Origin: Dicyema japonicum
Lineage: Eukaryota > Animalia > Dicyemida
NCBI GenBank assembly: GCA_011109175.1
Contig: RDEW01000032.1
Span: 465,334 to 529,333, forward strand
DNA length: 64,000 nt
Direction of reading: 5' to 3'
Shown in pieces: positions 37,791 through 51,149 of the stretch (positions are counted from its first letter, which is position 1; every line of letters starts with the position of its first letter). The position numbers and the translations under genes are program-made. The notes under the pieces were generated by a model. The model was not told the origin of the DNA and ran no database searches. It worked only from the letters and a program-made list of their open reading frames with translations.

Positions 37791-40039
37791 TTTACTGTTT
37801 CACTTTTTCACTATAAGTAAATTTAATGAATTGTTCAATATACCGGCCTCCACTCTATACCAGGCAATTCTGTCGGTCTTGAAACGAATCGGTTTAGAGG
37901 GATTTGACTGTATATATATGTATGAATGTTCTCCATATGTATCTGCAGTCAGTAGATTCAAAGTTGGGTGGTTTGGATTAACGATTGTCTGGTATATTGT
38001 ACGCTCTTCATTTTAAGGTACCGAGAATCACCATCATTTATTAAGAGAAATACAGGTGATCCCGCCATCTATTAGTATTCTCATCAATGAAGATGAAGAA
38101 CCACCACTGCTCTTAAAAGTCGCTGAGCCGTTCCGTGACAGTACTTTGAATCTCAAGAACAGCTGTTTTGTTTGCTGCCAAACCGCTCAAATATTTTAAA
38201 AAAAACTACAAGTTGAGTATTTCCTCAGCTTCCCCATTACGGAAATTTTTATAGAACTGTATCATTATCAACCCCACTTATTTTGTACTTCAATTAACGT
38301 ACTTGCAATAATGTGATATAAAATACTTACAAAACCAATTAATGGAACTCTAATCTAAATTTGGGAGTAAAACGCTTAAATAGTTCATTTTTAATTTATA
38401 CGCAGCACATGCATTTAAACTGTCAATTATTACGAGCTAAATGACATAACTGTACTTTTTCAACCCCAGAGTCACCGAGGTCATATAAGTGCTTTCAGTT
38501 TCTACGGTCGTAATCAACCCAATAAACTACATAAATCTATCAAATAAACCACATAAGTCATCATGTATTGTGAAGCACCACATTAGGCCATGTTAATTCA
38601 GAGCATTGAAAAGATAAAAAAAGCCTTCGACCAATACCTATCGGGAATCGACCCAATTCCCATTTTAAATGCATTAGAATTAATCTCTCGTTGGAAATAT
38701 CGCCAGGAATGTTCGATAATTTAAAATGATTAGTGTTCGCTTTGTTTCTTATCTATCTCATTTTACAAATTAAACTATTAATAAATTGTATCGAGAGCTT
38801 TCCTCCCATATTAATAGCCACAACAAGAAGTCAAAACATTTCTGTGTGTTAAACCGCACGTATACACGAGCATATTATCTATAGCTCCGCTCAGACAAAA
38901 CACACTTTAATTAAGTAAAGAACAGTTATCGTAACTAATCGTAAATCTTTTTTCATAAACTCTCGCACACCAAGAACATTTCGAAGTGCCGCCAGACGTC
39001 CCAGGTTTTTGAAGGAAGATTTCATACTTAATGTTCCAGTTAACAAGAATCCCGCGGAACGTGGACCGTTCGAGAAACCATTGGTATTTCTTCCCTTCAG
39101 TATCCCCGATTTTCTATGGTGGATATACCTATGATAGTAATAAGTCAGTCACATGTGCTATATTTTGATATTCCAAGTGTGAATTATCTATTGGGGCCTT
39201 ACAAGGTAGCTTTCCCCAATATCCAATTACTCAAAAAGATCTCCTTAAACTAACTGAAAACATTAGAATTAATAAAGCACAATCGGCTCAACAGGAGGGA
39301 GGCCTAACCCTTGAGTCTTCTTAAGGATGGTCGAATGAAATGCAATATTTTTGTAGTAATTAAGGCTAACTAAATGGCTCTCTCAAAAACCATCCTAACC
39401 TGTCAATTATATCAAGTTTAATTAATTTTAGTAAACCACGGATGACAATTTCATAGCAATCAATAATTAATCATTTACCATATAAGCAAGCACCACATGG
39501 TTGACTATCACTACTACGAGACATATTATTTTACAAGTCCATTTGTTGTATTCCTCAATAGTCTTCTTTACTAAATAAGAGACAAAAGGAATCCCCATTT
39601 CCGAGAGTTCATAGATGTGAGTGTTTTCTCCGAGATCAGATGACTTGCGTAAAAACCAGAGTCTGTAAGCATGTATTTTCGGTTTTCCGTGGTAATGACA
39701 TAGCGCGTGTAACCCGAAAACTAACAACAACGTGATCCTTCATTTTATCTTGTCACAATCAAGCTCTCTTAGTCCATCTAAGTCCTCTCCCTAAGTCGGC
39801 TCACAATCTTTTGAAGGTTTTCGTTCAGGACCCTCGGGAAAGTGATTTTTAGTCGTCCAGAATCGGGGAAAACAACTCCCCCATGGCCACTCAAGGAACT
39901 TAACATATGTTTAAAGAACCTAAGCATTAAATTATAAAATACCCATTAAAAAAGTTCATAGTAAATCGGAAAATGCTCTCCAATAATATCAGTGTCTACG
40001 CCAATAACAAATTTTGTGGTTTATAAGTAGTGTTATCTC

Positions 40040-40440
40040 TAATTGATGACCGGCCTCACTAACTTGTAGGAGGCAGTAGCTGTTAACTAGGACGCAGCAA
40101 ATGCCGGTCGCTCCCATAGATTGGTTAGTCCTGACATTGTGCTCATGACATTCAAATAGGTGATTCGTTGTCAACACGTAGAGGTTGCAAAAGGGACAGA
40201 GGTCATCATAAGTCGGTGGAGAGTGGTGGTGCCAACATCATAGACGAGTCAGGTTTACCCAGAAGTCCCTCAGGAGAGATAATTCCGATTGATCTATTGG
40301 AGAATGGGGCCAGTATAGTATTTTATTATCATCGAGTCTTCGGATGCATCTCGTAGGAACAAAATCGTGTATCTTTTTCAGACGATTCGGGTCATCGAAG
40401 CTGAAAAAGATTGATGATAGACCGCCACTTTCCTACAACA
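40040..40440 (-). mobile_element. Ingi-group 3' end (CCHC region)
   Basis: LCNLYVLTTNHLFEC..LWERPAFAA, comparable with DLWERP of the 23762-26939 element. Confidence 0.6.
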
Positions 40441-40599
40441 AAATCAATATATGATAATTCATTAGTTAAAAATTAAATATTTAATTTTTATTCGTTGGTG
40501 AATAATTTTATTTTTTATTAATTTTTTGAATTATAATATATTGATTTTGTTGCAGGAAAGCGGCGATCATCAACTAAGTACCTAATGAGTGCTTATATC

Positions 40600-41560
40600 A
40601 AAAATCGCAAATCTGGTATTTTCATAATGAGAATTATAGTTCATTGCTGAGAGATATTCTAGTTGGCGCAATCCAGTATGAAGAGGTCGTCTTCCCATCT
40701 ATAAATGGTTTCCTGTGACTAATAAATTAGACTTTAAGAAATTTGCGAATTTTATGGGCCGAATTAACTTAAGGCTCACCAATGAGGATGGATCATTGAG
40801 TTAGAGCTTATCTATAACGACTATCTGATGCACTAAGAAATCCACTAGGAGATCCATAACCGACCTCAGATTTTCCACAAGGATATCTATGAGGTATTAC
40901 TTAAATAGTTTAGGTCGAAAAATGGTGTCACAAAAAAGTAAACCTTTCTAGTCTTCTCTGAGGGTAGTATAGTCTACCTAAAACTTATATTATTTAATAC
41001 GACCAGCACAAATCCAATCAACTTCAAAGCATTCTCCTAAATAAGAGAATTAAAGGCCCAAGTCCATAAATATCGATTTGTATGGACCACCAAGGATCAT
41101 AGTGGAGATGTTCGTAGTGATCAACAAAAGCGTTGTTATTCGTTAAATGTATTCAGCTTAGCGAATTAAAGAAAATGTTTCTAAAATAAGAATCCAGGTG
41201 ACCAAAGTTTACACGGGGTGGACTCTTTCGGAATGTAAATCTACTTGTCGTAACCCACGAACGTTCAAATTCTATTACCGGGGTGAATGTGCGGAGAGTA
41301 ACATGGAATAGTGGAGTGGAAAAATATTACAGATTCTCAACAGTAAAGTATATTGCCACTGTTAATCTGGCAAAATGTACCAAGATTATGCAAAAATAGG
41401 AATAGTGAGAGTAAGGACAGTGGAGATTACCTCAGTCGTTATTAGACCGTTAATTAATATTAGCATTTGAGAAGATATCATTTGTTGTTATGTTGATCAT
41501 CACAGTACTCCTTCCGTTTGGATATATAGTAGTTCTGCCTGGGAAGTAAGTACAATAGAA
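40600..41560 (+). mobile_element. Highly degenerate Gypsy-like pol/integrase relic
   Basis: WEITSVVIRPL..ICCYVDHHS resembles the start of an integrase core; heavily decayed. Confidence 0.35.
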
Positions 41561-41759
41561 TGTCCTTTTTTAAAATATCCCCCTTGCGTGTAAAAAATTA
41601 ATATTTTCTGCGGAAAAACGATTGAAAAAGACAAAAATAAGAGACTTGGCATTAATCTCCGATTTTCAATAAAAAAACAAAATTAAAAACATGCTTTATG
41701 TTATTCAAGTGTAAAAAAATTAAATTTTCTATTTAAAATTAAATATTTTATTATAAATT

Positions 41760-42466
41760 TCTAATTGAGGAATAAGTTGGAAATCGTTTCGTTTCCTACA
41801 GAAACTTGGACGCCTAGTTACACTAAAAATCCACGACGAACGTGAGAACCGGTGGCTTCTCAAGCTGATCTCTGTTACAATCGTGAGAGGGAAAGCAACG
41901 CTGATAATGTCGATGGGGACCATTATACAATCGAGAACTCAGGCTAATGACGTTTAACGTACGTGGAATATCGAAAGATTGGACAAGGAAAGTACTTGTG
42001 AAGATCTCGAGAAATACAAAATATCTATTGGCTGCCTACAAGAGACGAAAATCGAAAATGGAAGCGATAAAACATGGAACAACTACCGACTGATTCTCTT
42101 CCCGACTGAATGTAAGCACTACGGCATGGGATTTGCCCTACACGTGGATTACCTCAAAAAACTACATCGCTATTGGTGAGTCAACGACCGAATATATGTC
42201 CTACAAGTCTAACTAATTGATTTATTCCCGTCCAAGAGTCTATTAACTGTCATAAATGTCTATGCACCACACTGCGGACGAGTAATCAAGAACCCTGGTG
42301 TTCTCGATGAATTCTACTCAGAACTATCAAGTACATACTCTAATAATGCTTCCTCGTCCCTTGTCTTTGTTGCGGGAGATATGAATGCAAAGGCCGGAAT
42401 GCGGATGGGACCCGAATAATCCTCTATTGGAAGACACGTTCCTACCAGGGGTTTAATAATAATATA
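41760..42466 (+). mobile_element. RTE 5' UTR plus APE N-half, abutting a CCAGGGGTTT(AAT)n 3'-type end
   Basis: LMTFNVRGISK..IGCLQETK..INVYAPH..LDEFY..VAGDMNAK; CCTACCAGGGGTTTAATAATAAT at 42441-42463. Confidence 0.75.
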
Positions 42467-42469
42467 ACC

Positions 42470-42830
42470 AGGCTAATTTTATTTCGTATCATAGAGACAA
42501 AAAAATCTGAGTGGACTGGATGTCATATACAAACAGTTCATCGAGTCTACAATAGGATACGAATGTAATGTCTGTGGATCTAACCTTGCTGCAACGAATT
42601 TGGACAAAATCTGCAACACTCAGGTAGAGGCAGCAAAGCTACTAAGGAAATCTTCCCATGTTGAAATCCTGCACAGAAACTTTGAAAATACAATAGACGC
42701 GACTGGAACAGTGCCCCTGCGAAGGACTCGATTATGCGGACCCCGTCCATATCGGAAATGCGTAGAAATGCAGTCGGAACACCGAGAAAAGATGCAAAGA
42801 CTGTTGAGGAAGGCCGAGATCACTTGAATT
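42470..42830 (+). mobile_element. Ingi-type RT thumb relic
   Basis: IYKQFIESTIGYECNV..TNLDKICNTQVEAAK. Confidence 0.5.
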
Positions 42831-42854
42831 TTGTTTCCAATACACAGTTCAAAA

Positions 42855-43175
42855 TACAGTTTTAAAACTTTTGAGGTCGGCAATGAAAGCGGGAGAGGCT
42901 GCCCGTTTATATGAAAACTCGAAGATAAAGAAATACAGCAGCCTCATAAACCGTTTTCATATACAGCCAGTGGTCGTCGAGACGAGCGGAGTCTTTGGCC
43001 CAAGACGGTCTCTTTCCTTAGAGCACTTGGTGTCTATTGACCAAAGCCTCGAGGGAGCGTCGGGAAACCGAGTGGCTTTTCCAAAGGATATCCCTGGCAG
43101 TAGTCAGAGGTGTAACAGCCACTCGATCATATCCGCTGGACTTTAGAACGATTTTATTGTTATAAATAAATTTCT
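42855..43175 (+). mobile_element. CRE-clade 3' fragment
   Basis: AGEAARLYENSKIKKYSSL..IQPVVVETSGVFGP..(E)WLFQRISLAVVR. Confidence 0.8.
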
Positions 43176-44839
43176 TGGTTTTAATACACATAACTCCTTT
43201 TTCAAAAAAAAATTTTCAACATAAAATATCATATTTTTAATTAATAATATAATTTTTACAAATAAAAAAATTGAATAACTGATAACAGTAAATATCGAAA
43301 AATCAAATAGCGGAGAATAACTCATATTTATTGGTAACCAAAATATTTATATTTGACATTTTGATAACAGCCTTCAACACCATTTGATGAATACAATAAT
43401 ATTTAATAATTGACAAAGTAAAAAGAAAAAATTTTAATAATATTGAAAAAAATGTATGACAATACAACAGAAAAACACAAGAAAACAATAATACAATAAA
43501 CAAAAAACAAACACCAACCACAGAAACGTGGCAACTACAAGCCAAATAAAATGCTAATGTACTAAGGTTCGCCATATTGTAAAACAAGGACTATAAACAT
43601 TATGCTTTCATGAAAAAGTGTCATAATAATAATGGGTTACTGGTCTCTGGTGTTATTATTATTAATTGATGTACATTGCCTTTTGGTAGGATTGGTGACG
43701 TGGCCGGAAAAACGGAATTCATAGACTCTGTCACAGAAACCAGCTTCATCATATCCTTTCCTCCTCCCGGAACCACCACAGACTGCCGATCGACATTCTT
43801 TAAAAGAGATCGAAAAGCGCATCGATTTATCGCGAGATCCTATAGTCGAGATGGAGGCTGTTTAGACATATAATTTGTCTGGACCTGAGGACCCACTCAA
43901 ACGTAGCTATGGAGGATTACTTTGTTATGGACGCTCCGATATTTTTGAGGTCGCACTAAGACAAATTTACCGACCATCCTTGATGAAGTCGGGACATAAA
44001 TAACTAATCTGGCAGAGTGGTAGTAACCTTTTGCAATTAATGTAAAGAGGGAGTCATCAGAAACTGTAGACAGCAGATTTGAATATCATCTGAGATTGTA
44101 AAACAAACTCCTGATTAAGTTAATCGACTAGAGAATGCTAGAGTCTGCTTTTCAATCTCACGGCTTCTCTGCAGAGGAATCCGAATGGGGAGGGGAACTT
44201 CCTAACCAATCGACTTTGTTTGCCTTTGAAAAGGACAGACTAAGCGGGTAATCTTCCTCCATATAGACCCGAAGGAATCCGGTTCCGCGACTACGGTCGC
44301 AAACTAAAAAGGGAATATCGCAGTGATTGATATTATTATTATTTTGTTAACAATGTCATTTATAATAAATTTGTAAATTTAAATTTGAAATTTGTTATAG
44401 TGGGTCTTAGATTTCACGTGAAACTTTGTTCAACAATTTTAAATTGATTACAGGTGAGATTAAGCGTTAAGTTTTAGACCGAAATATACATGGGACATCA
44501 AACAAGTCAGAGATATCAGTGAGGTCATATTCAGAATCTGAAATGATGATTATTTTACGATCCCTACATCGACGCATTGTAAATTAAACTGTCGACTCCG
44601 ATGTGTGATAGGTAATTGGCTTTCTGATTATCATTCTGCGAATAGATCTCCGCTTTTGAGAGTCAGGACTATACAGAAGACGAACCAATTCTGAATAACC
44701 AAGTAATAACGTTTAATATGATATTGAGAGGTAACTCTTAATTTTATTTATTTCTGATCCACTGAGAATAGAGTGAACATTTTGATTGAAAAACCAGGAC
44801 CCTTTACTTTACAAATGTTGTGGGGATAGCAAATGATTC

Positions 44840-46150
44840 AGTAAGTGGTTCCCATATATTACTGCTTGCATGATGTTTTCCTGGAACAAAGATTAGGGAG
44901 GAAATGTCGATCATGTAATCAGGGGGAATCGAACCAAAGATTATTGTTAGTGGTGACGTTAACCAATTTGTGGAAAGACATAATAGTGAGAATATGAGAG
45001 AATTAAATTGCTTGCTATAGCACGTTGTGGTCTAAGATGTGAGCAGCAAACTTTCTGGATATATTGAGGGATGCATTGGGAACCCAAAGAAGGTGTCAAC
45101 GGGAAATAGAACAAGCAATACTTAACCAGTTGATCGACCATCAGAACAGGAATAATATGGCCATGTGTGGATAGACGTGAATAAATCTTTTGAATCAGTG
45201 GATAATTGCTTACTGTATCGGGTACTCGATGACCCTATAGGATTGAAAAAGCAACGTTTTGAAAAACCAAATGTCCAAGTTAATATTTAATGGAGTTAAA
45301 AGAGGATAAACAGTCTGGCAAATACATATTGAACTCGGGTAATGTGTCCAAAACCATAAATGAATAAGTTTTATCCTTACATCGTTACTACATTGAACTC
45401 ATGGATATCTAACCTTCCGAATTTGAACTATTCCACCAAAACAAAAGGAAAGCTCTTGTAAAGGATCCGATTCATTTGAGGCCTAGAAACAAATAAAGAC
45501 TCTTCCTGTTGAGAGACGAAATATTGTTTGAGGAAAGCAGTAATTCTGCGGGTCATAAAAAGAAAGAACGCAAGTCCACAATCATAGAATTCATCCATCG
45601 AAGGTACAAAGAACCTGTTATGCATCTTGACTTTTGAAAGAGATCCAGGAGAAATCTTTAATTAACAAGTACTGTTGTGTCTTATGCAAAAATGAAATTT
45701 ATTCTTCTACTATGTAGTCATTGTAATTCTGCTAGAAAATATGTCCACCTCTTGGCGGCAATGTGTGATCGGCGACTACTGTTGTAGGCATAATGGAGTG
45801 GCTAAATGCATACATCTGCATATGTTTTTTAAATATGGAATTAATAAGACTAGGAAACTCAAGACACACTCCGTGAAGTCTATTGTTGCGAGCGAGTCAG
45901 TGGAGATTAAAGTGGATACAACAGTAGCCAAGGATACGAAGGTAAAGAATAGCAAGCGAGAAATTTTTGTGTTTGATAAAAGGAGCGACAACATCACTCT
46001 GGTCGACATAGGAATCACCTCCCAACACGCATTAAAACAAGTCGAAGAATAGAAAAGCTGCAAAAATCTGACTCAAGCATATATTCAGACAATTGTGATT
46101 AAGTAGACTCTCTAAGCATGAGGGTAGAGCATAATTATGGGTTAGTCACA
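44840..46150 (+). mobile_element. R4-clade element collapsed by deletions (RT start to CCHC/RLE)
   Basis: LGTQRRCQ..EQAILNQLI..WIDVNKSFESVD; DYCCRHNGVAKCIH..EIKVDT..IFVFDK..ITLVDIGITSQ. Confidence 0.75.
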
Positions 46151-47739
46151 GCAGAAGGCTTGTGGGAAACTATTATCGACATTGGAATAAGATTATGTTT
46201 TAGATAATATTGAATCGTCTATAACTGAAGAGAATGTGTACAAATTTTTAATTAGCGTAGAATTAAAAGCACAGCGGCAGAAATTTACAGTAATTGAGTG
46301 CTCAGTAAAAACTACCCTTATAAGAACTTCATCAATTATTGTACTGTTTAAAGTTACCCGTAATGAAGTAGTCCAACCACATTCATTTGAACCTCACTTG
46401 ATTTACCCTAACACCGATGAGGATGACTGCATCTCCAAAAAGACGATTAATGCAAATAAGAGACAAAACTTTGATAAATGTTATATTGATGCTTATTTTA
46501 GGTTATTGCATTTTAGTTTCCTCAAGACCAAGACATAGAAGAGTTGTTTCAGGATCTTCTTCCTAAATTTCCACATGGAAAAATGATTAAACAAACAAAT
46601 GCAGTTTTGCCACAATCAAAACATTTACCGTACATATAAACTCGATAAAATAAGCACATCAAACTGGAGAACAGGTCAAATAACTTGGACTTTCTGATAA
46701 GAGTCTTGAAAATTATTCCACGTCTTCCTAAAACGGTTCATTCACCTGGTGATGCCTTCTGGGTGGAGGTTCTTGTGTGTTTGTTCCGGTCATTAATAAG
46801 TCGTCAATGTTGTCTGATATTAGAGATCCTCTTTGGTCCAGTTGTTGGTTTTTATACAAGAGGACTCTGCGTTAATGTGCCAAAAATTAAAACATTTTCT
46901 ATTTTGGTAAAGTGGCAGAGTTTGTCAATGTTACAAATTAGACTTTTTATTCTGGTAAAGTAGCCGAGTAGCTACGCTACCATGATGACACAGGAGAGAT
47001 GTAAATTTTGACTATTGCTATTCGGATGAAGGAGAGGTTGATCTTCACTGTGATCTGTTAGAGTTGAACTTCCGTGTGTAAAATAATCGATATCCTGTTT
47101 GATAAATCCACTACATTGATCAGATTCCTGATGAGGTTAAAAGGGCCTGATGATTCCAATACATCCATTGGAGCATACAATATGGAGGGATATTAAAATA
47201 ATTCATTAGTTGGTTTTATAACCTTTTTAGTTCATTTGAGGGTAATAAAATACATGATGGGGTTGAAGAGCTGATTCTCGGAACTTTAACGTTTTTCTAA
47301 TACTTTTTTAAGTTCGTCATACTGGGGTAGGGCAAGTCTTTTTGATGCTAACTTACATGTTTGAGTGCTAGAATTGCTGATTTATGAATTTAAATAAGCG
47401 ACTGCATTCATGAAATATTTTAATGATTTCAAAATTTAGACTTATAAACAGTTCACTTGATGTAGACTCATACTCAAATTCTCTCATCCTTTTAATGAGA
47501 AATAAAAGACAAATTACTGTCATTAATTAAGATTTAATGGATCACGGTCAACTGAGATTTATTTAATGAGCCTGGATATACCAGAAAGATGTTGAGTTAA
47601 TTAAAGTCTAATTAAGGTGTATTGCGCTCTCAATTATGAGATCAACCAGTGATTGCTAACTATTAATTTTTGTCTTTAATTGGCTTAATAAAAAATTAAG
47701 GTATTTCGAACACCTGTCAGAATGAGTCGTATCTTCTCC

Positions 47740-47960
47740 AAGCATTATGTCCATCCATATATGCCATTGTGGGAACCCCTCCAGTGGAGTAAAGAAGAGA
47801 GGGATCTTTTTTGAATGTGTGCCTAACACTTGGCATCTCGCTAGTCATGTGGATCTCATAACGCCTTTTAAAGAGCAGAAAGAAATCCTTCGAACTAGTT
47901 ATGCAGCGATGTGGTTGGTCGAACTCACAGGTTATCGCGAAAGACAGCTTTAAACTGAGT
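47740..47960 (+). mobile_element. Possible Merlin (IS1016-like) transposase N-terminal relic
   Basis: C..S.KKRGIFFE..LASHVDLI resembles the Merlin C..SIRKGTFFE..L.LI motif; no DDE core seen. Confidence 0.25.
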
Positions 47961-48181
47961 AATATGCAATCTTTTGGCAAATCCAAAACGTATTCTATTA
48001 AACATATGAGGATCTATAACACAACAACAGCCGACAAGGAGTAGTATGCTTCCATTATTAAACCTCAGCTTAGGCAGAACTCACTTTATCTAAGATGTAA
48101 AAATACTCGTGCATTAAAGTACCCCCTAAGCAGTTATAGTGCCACTTTTCACTCTAAATCATCGTGAGACTGGGGTTCCAA

Positions 48182-48410
48182 GGACAAAAAAGGAGACCTT
48201 GACATCGGTCTCTTTTTTTCAGAGAAAAACAAAATTTTTAATTTTGTCTAAAAACGTAATTGATGTTGTAAGGGACAAAAAAGGGCGACCTTGACATTGG
48301 TTCCCCTTTTTGGAGGAAAAATGAAAATGGAAAACCTTGACATCGCCCCCTCCCTTTTTTCTGAAGAAAATTAAAATTTAATTTTGTCTAAAAATGTGAT
48401 TGGCGTTATC
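48182..48410. repeat. Short tandem repeat of hairpin units with an ACCTTGACAT(C/T)G core
   Basis: Three ACCTTGACAT cores; two are flanked by A6-GG..CC-T5-7 stems; the spacer AAATTT(TT)AATTTTGTCTAAAAA occurs twice. Confidence 0.7.
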
Positions 48411-49799
48411 ACTTCCAAATTTAACGGAATTAACACTGTTCTTGAACTAGCAAGCCTTTAGTATCGATTGTATCTTAAAATCTCATAAAACTAGTACCCA
48501 TGCTAGATGGAACTTGCTTATTTGCTTTGGGAATGTGGTAGATCTTAATACCAGTGACATTAGTAAACAGCTACTCAAATGGTATATGATTGTTTTTTTT
48601 ATCGATTCCTTTTTGATTTCTTTTGTAATGGTCAGTTTAATTTTCTATAAGTTAGAACTATGTATAATTAGATCCAAGATATTACATGGATATTTGAAAG
48701 TGATCAAGGACAGTCTGTTTCAAATGCATTTATTCGCTTCAACCTGAAAGAAAGAACTTGCTGAAGTAACTAACATATGCAAATGATCTCATCTACCAAA
48801 ACTCATGGCCATAAAAACGGTGGAGATAAGTGATCCATTTAACTTTTGTTCCTTTGTACTTTTAAAAAAATCATGCCAGGAAAACATGTAGTCACATGAC
48901 ATGTTATAGGTTGGTCTGGGTTACGATCAGTCAAGTGTAAAAAATTTTATTTGAGAGGTCTAACGACAGCTCATCCTCTTTTCTGTTAAAGAAATATTAT
49001 GAGCTCCCAGCAAGAATCCTTCATTCTTTTTTCATTTCAGCATTACGTACGTAAAAGATGGAAAGCAAAGTCCATGGCACACAGTGGTAGCGAGATATCT
49101 CGTTATTCATGACATAACAAACTGGTCTTGAATGGGTTCCATTAGCTTTCTGAAACTGGTTTGTTTAATAGTTATTGATAGAAATCACATGTAGGTCTAG
49201 CATGATGCAAACCAAGGAAGATGAAGCCCTCTCTACAGGGTCCCAAACTTTCATTCAGTTTGTTTGAGAAACACTCTTTTACTTTATTAGATACCACCTG
49301 TAAACCTTGTGAAATTCCATTGGACATCTTTGAAAGAGATCTTCAAGTCGTCTAGAAAGTAGAAAAAGCACATCGATGAAGCTAATTGCCTGAATTTGTT
49401 CAAATAGTCTTATAAATCACTATGATGACCGCAGCGGAGGTACGACATATAGACACTAACTCCCCACGTAGGGAAATTTCTCTCCACAACAAATTCGTTA
49501 ATTTTTCCGATGCTTTTTTTCCATTCTTTACAAATAAGGGAACCTCTCCAATGGAGTGGGGGAGAGAAAATGATCTCTTTACATGCCATTCCAGCCGACT
49601 TGGTGCGGCGTTGCCTCCCGTGATCGCTGTAGAGACCAACAGGATAAACCATCGCATTTTTGAGTCATGTGGATTTGATGAGGAAATGCATCAGAGTTTC
49701 TTGATGAAAATTAGGGATTTGCTGATTATCCATATCGGTCGAGGAGTCCTCTAATTATTTTTCTAAGCTCCCTTTTGTTTCGCTGGAAAGTGCATTTAC

Positions 49800-50700
49800 G
49801 GGACTCCTGATTGTGTTGGTGAGGGACAGAGAATCGACATATAAACCAACGGTTTCTCCTCCTTGAACGAAAAAATTGTTACTCCGTCCAGTCGCTTTCA
49901 ATCTCCCATATCCAGGCCAGCGGACTCCAGTTTGGAAGGGTGTCCGTCAGAGTCTATTGTGCGTTTCACGACATCATTCAAGTTAGTGTGCCGCTGGAAT
50001 CTACACACACTTCTTCTGCAAGAGATGTCCGTAACTATCAGCAATCCCCCCGCATCGGAAATGTGAGCCTGGCATATTCAAAACCCTAGAAGGATAGAGA
50101 TCCGACGGGACTGTCTCATCGTTCAGATGCGTACTAATGCTTCCAATCGAAAAGGCGTCAATCTTTTCGTTGGATGTTGTGTTTCAAGAAAACAAACCTT
50201 CTCTTGAAAGAGCAAGGATAAGATGTTAAAACCCCAAAAGATGAAATGACCTTGGAAAATGCGAAAAGGTGAGCAAAGAAAACGGTCGAACAACTGTGAT
50301 GCATGCTCTCGTGGATCTACATGTACCGAGTCAGAATGACCAAGAAAACCTTCGTTGTCATTACTGACTGGCATTGACAATCTTGCATCTTTCTGGATAG
50401 ATTCTACCAACTCAACATTTTCCTGCCAAAAATGTCTAATTGAGCTGATCTCGAACATGTCCCGAATTTCTGTCGCGAATTGTTTATCAACGTGTATTGA
50501 GACGGCTGGATGTTTTGTTCGCCCATGTACACTTAACATTTCTTCTAAGTCACACACATCCGCCGTAAAAAAGACATCAGTAAGTTTTTTTCTGAGGTCA
50601 TAAGAGTTTACTCGAATGAATATTAATACGATAAAAAAGTATATGGGATAATCATCCAAGCACTGAGTCGAATATGGGATGTCATACACTGCAATCACTA
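49800..50700 (-). CDS. Unidentified intron-containing host gene segment
   Basis: 191-aa ORF 50123-50698 with protein-like composition and embedded GT..TTTCAAG intron-like tracts; no TE motifs. Confidence 0.3.
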
Positions 50701-51149
50701 TCAGTAGGTGGAATCCGTTCGGCTATGTGGATTCTTTCTGATCAGAACCGTATCCTAGAACCATCAGAAGACCATTCAAGACTTACTCTCAAATGACCAT
50801 CAGATTCCAAACTTCCCTAGGACAAACATCTAGTTTACTTCTATCTGAATAACACGTAACGAGGATACCTTCCCTTTCTCCCATCAGCAGTGGATGACTC
50901 AATAGACTTCGCAACGGATATCTCAAGGACCTAATTTCTCATAACACAGTCAGTTTTCACACCTGGTTTGTCTCACAATCACTAATGAAAAGATACTCTG
51001 GGAAACAAACATAAAAAATCCACAACATCACGTTCTCTGCTTAACTACTGATTTTCGAAAAAAAAGGAGGAGTCAGACCTATTGTGGCGAGTTTGGAACC
51101 AGGCAGAATCTACTATAAAATCTTATGTTCGAGAGACTACTGAAAATAT

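Larger units (their letters stand above)
35391..37910 (+). mobile_element. pogo/Tigger (Tc1/mariner superfamily) DNA transposon, non-autonomous, with cargo
   Basis: 22-bp TIRs CAGTCAAACCCCTCTAAACCGA (35391-35412) and TCGGTTTAGAGGGATTTGACTG (37889-37910, one mismatch), TA on both sides; transposase remnant inside. Confidence 0.9.

Noticed and set aside
47125-47160. Hammerhead cores CTGATGA (also at ~16885 on the minus strand)
   Set aside because: No properly placed stem II plus GAAA.
48182-48410. CRISPR array or bacterial -35 boxes (TTGACA)
   Set aside because: The spacers are duplicated rather than unique, there are no cas genes, and the context is eukaryotic.
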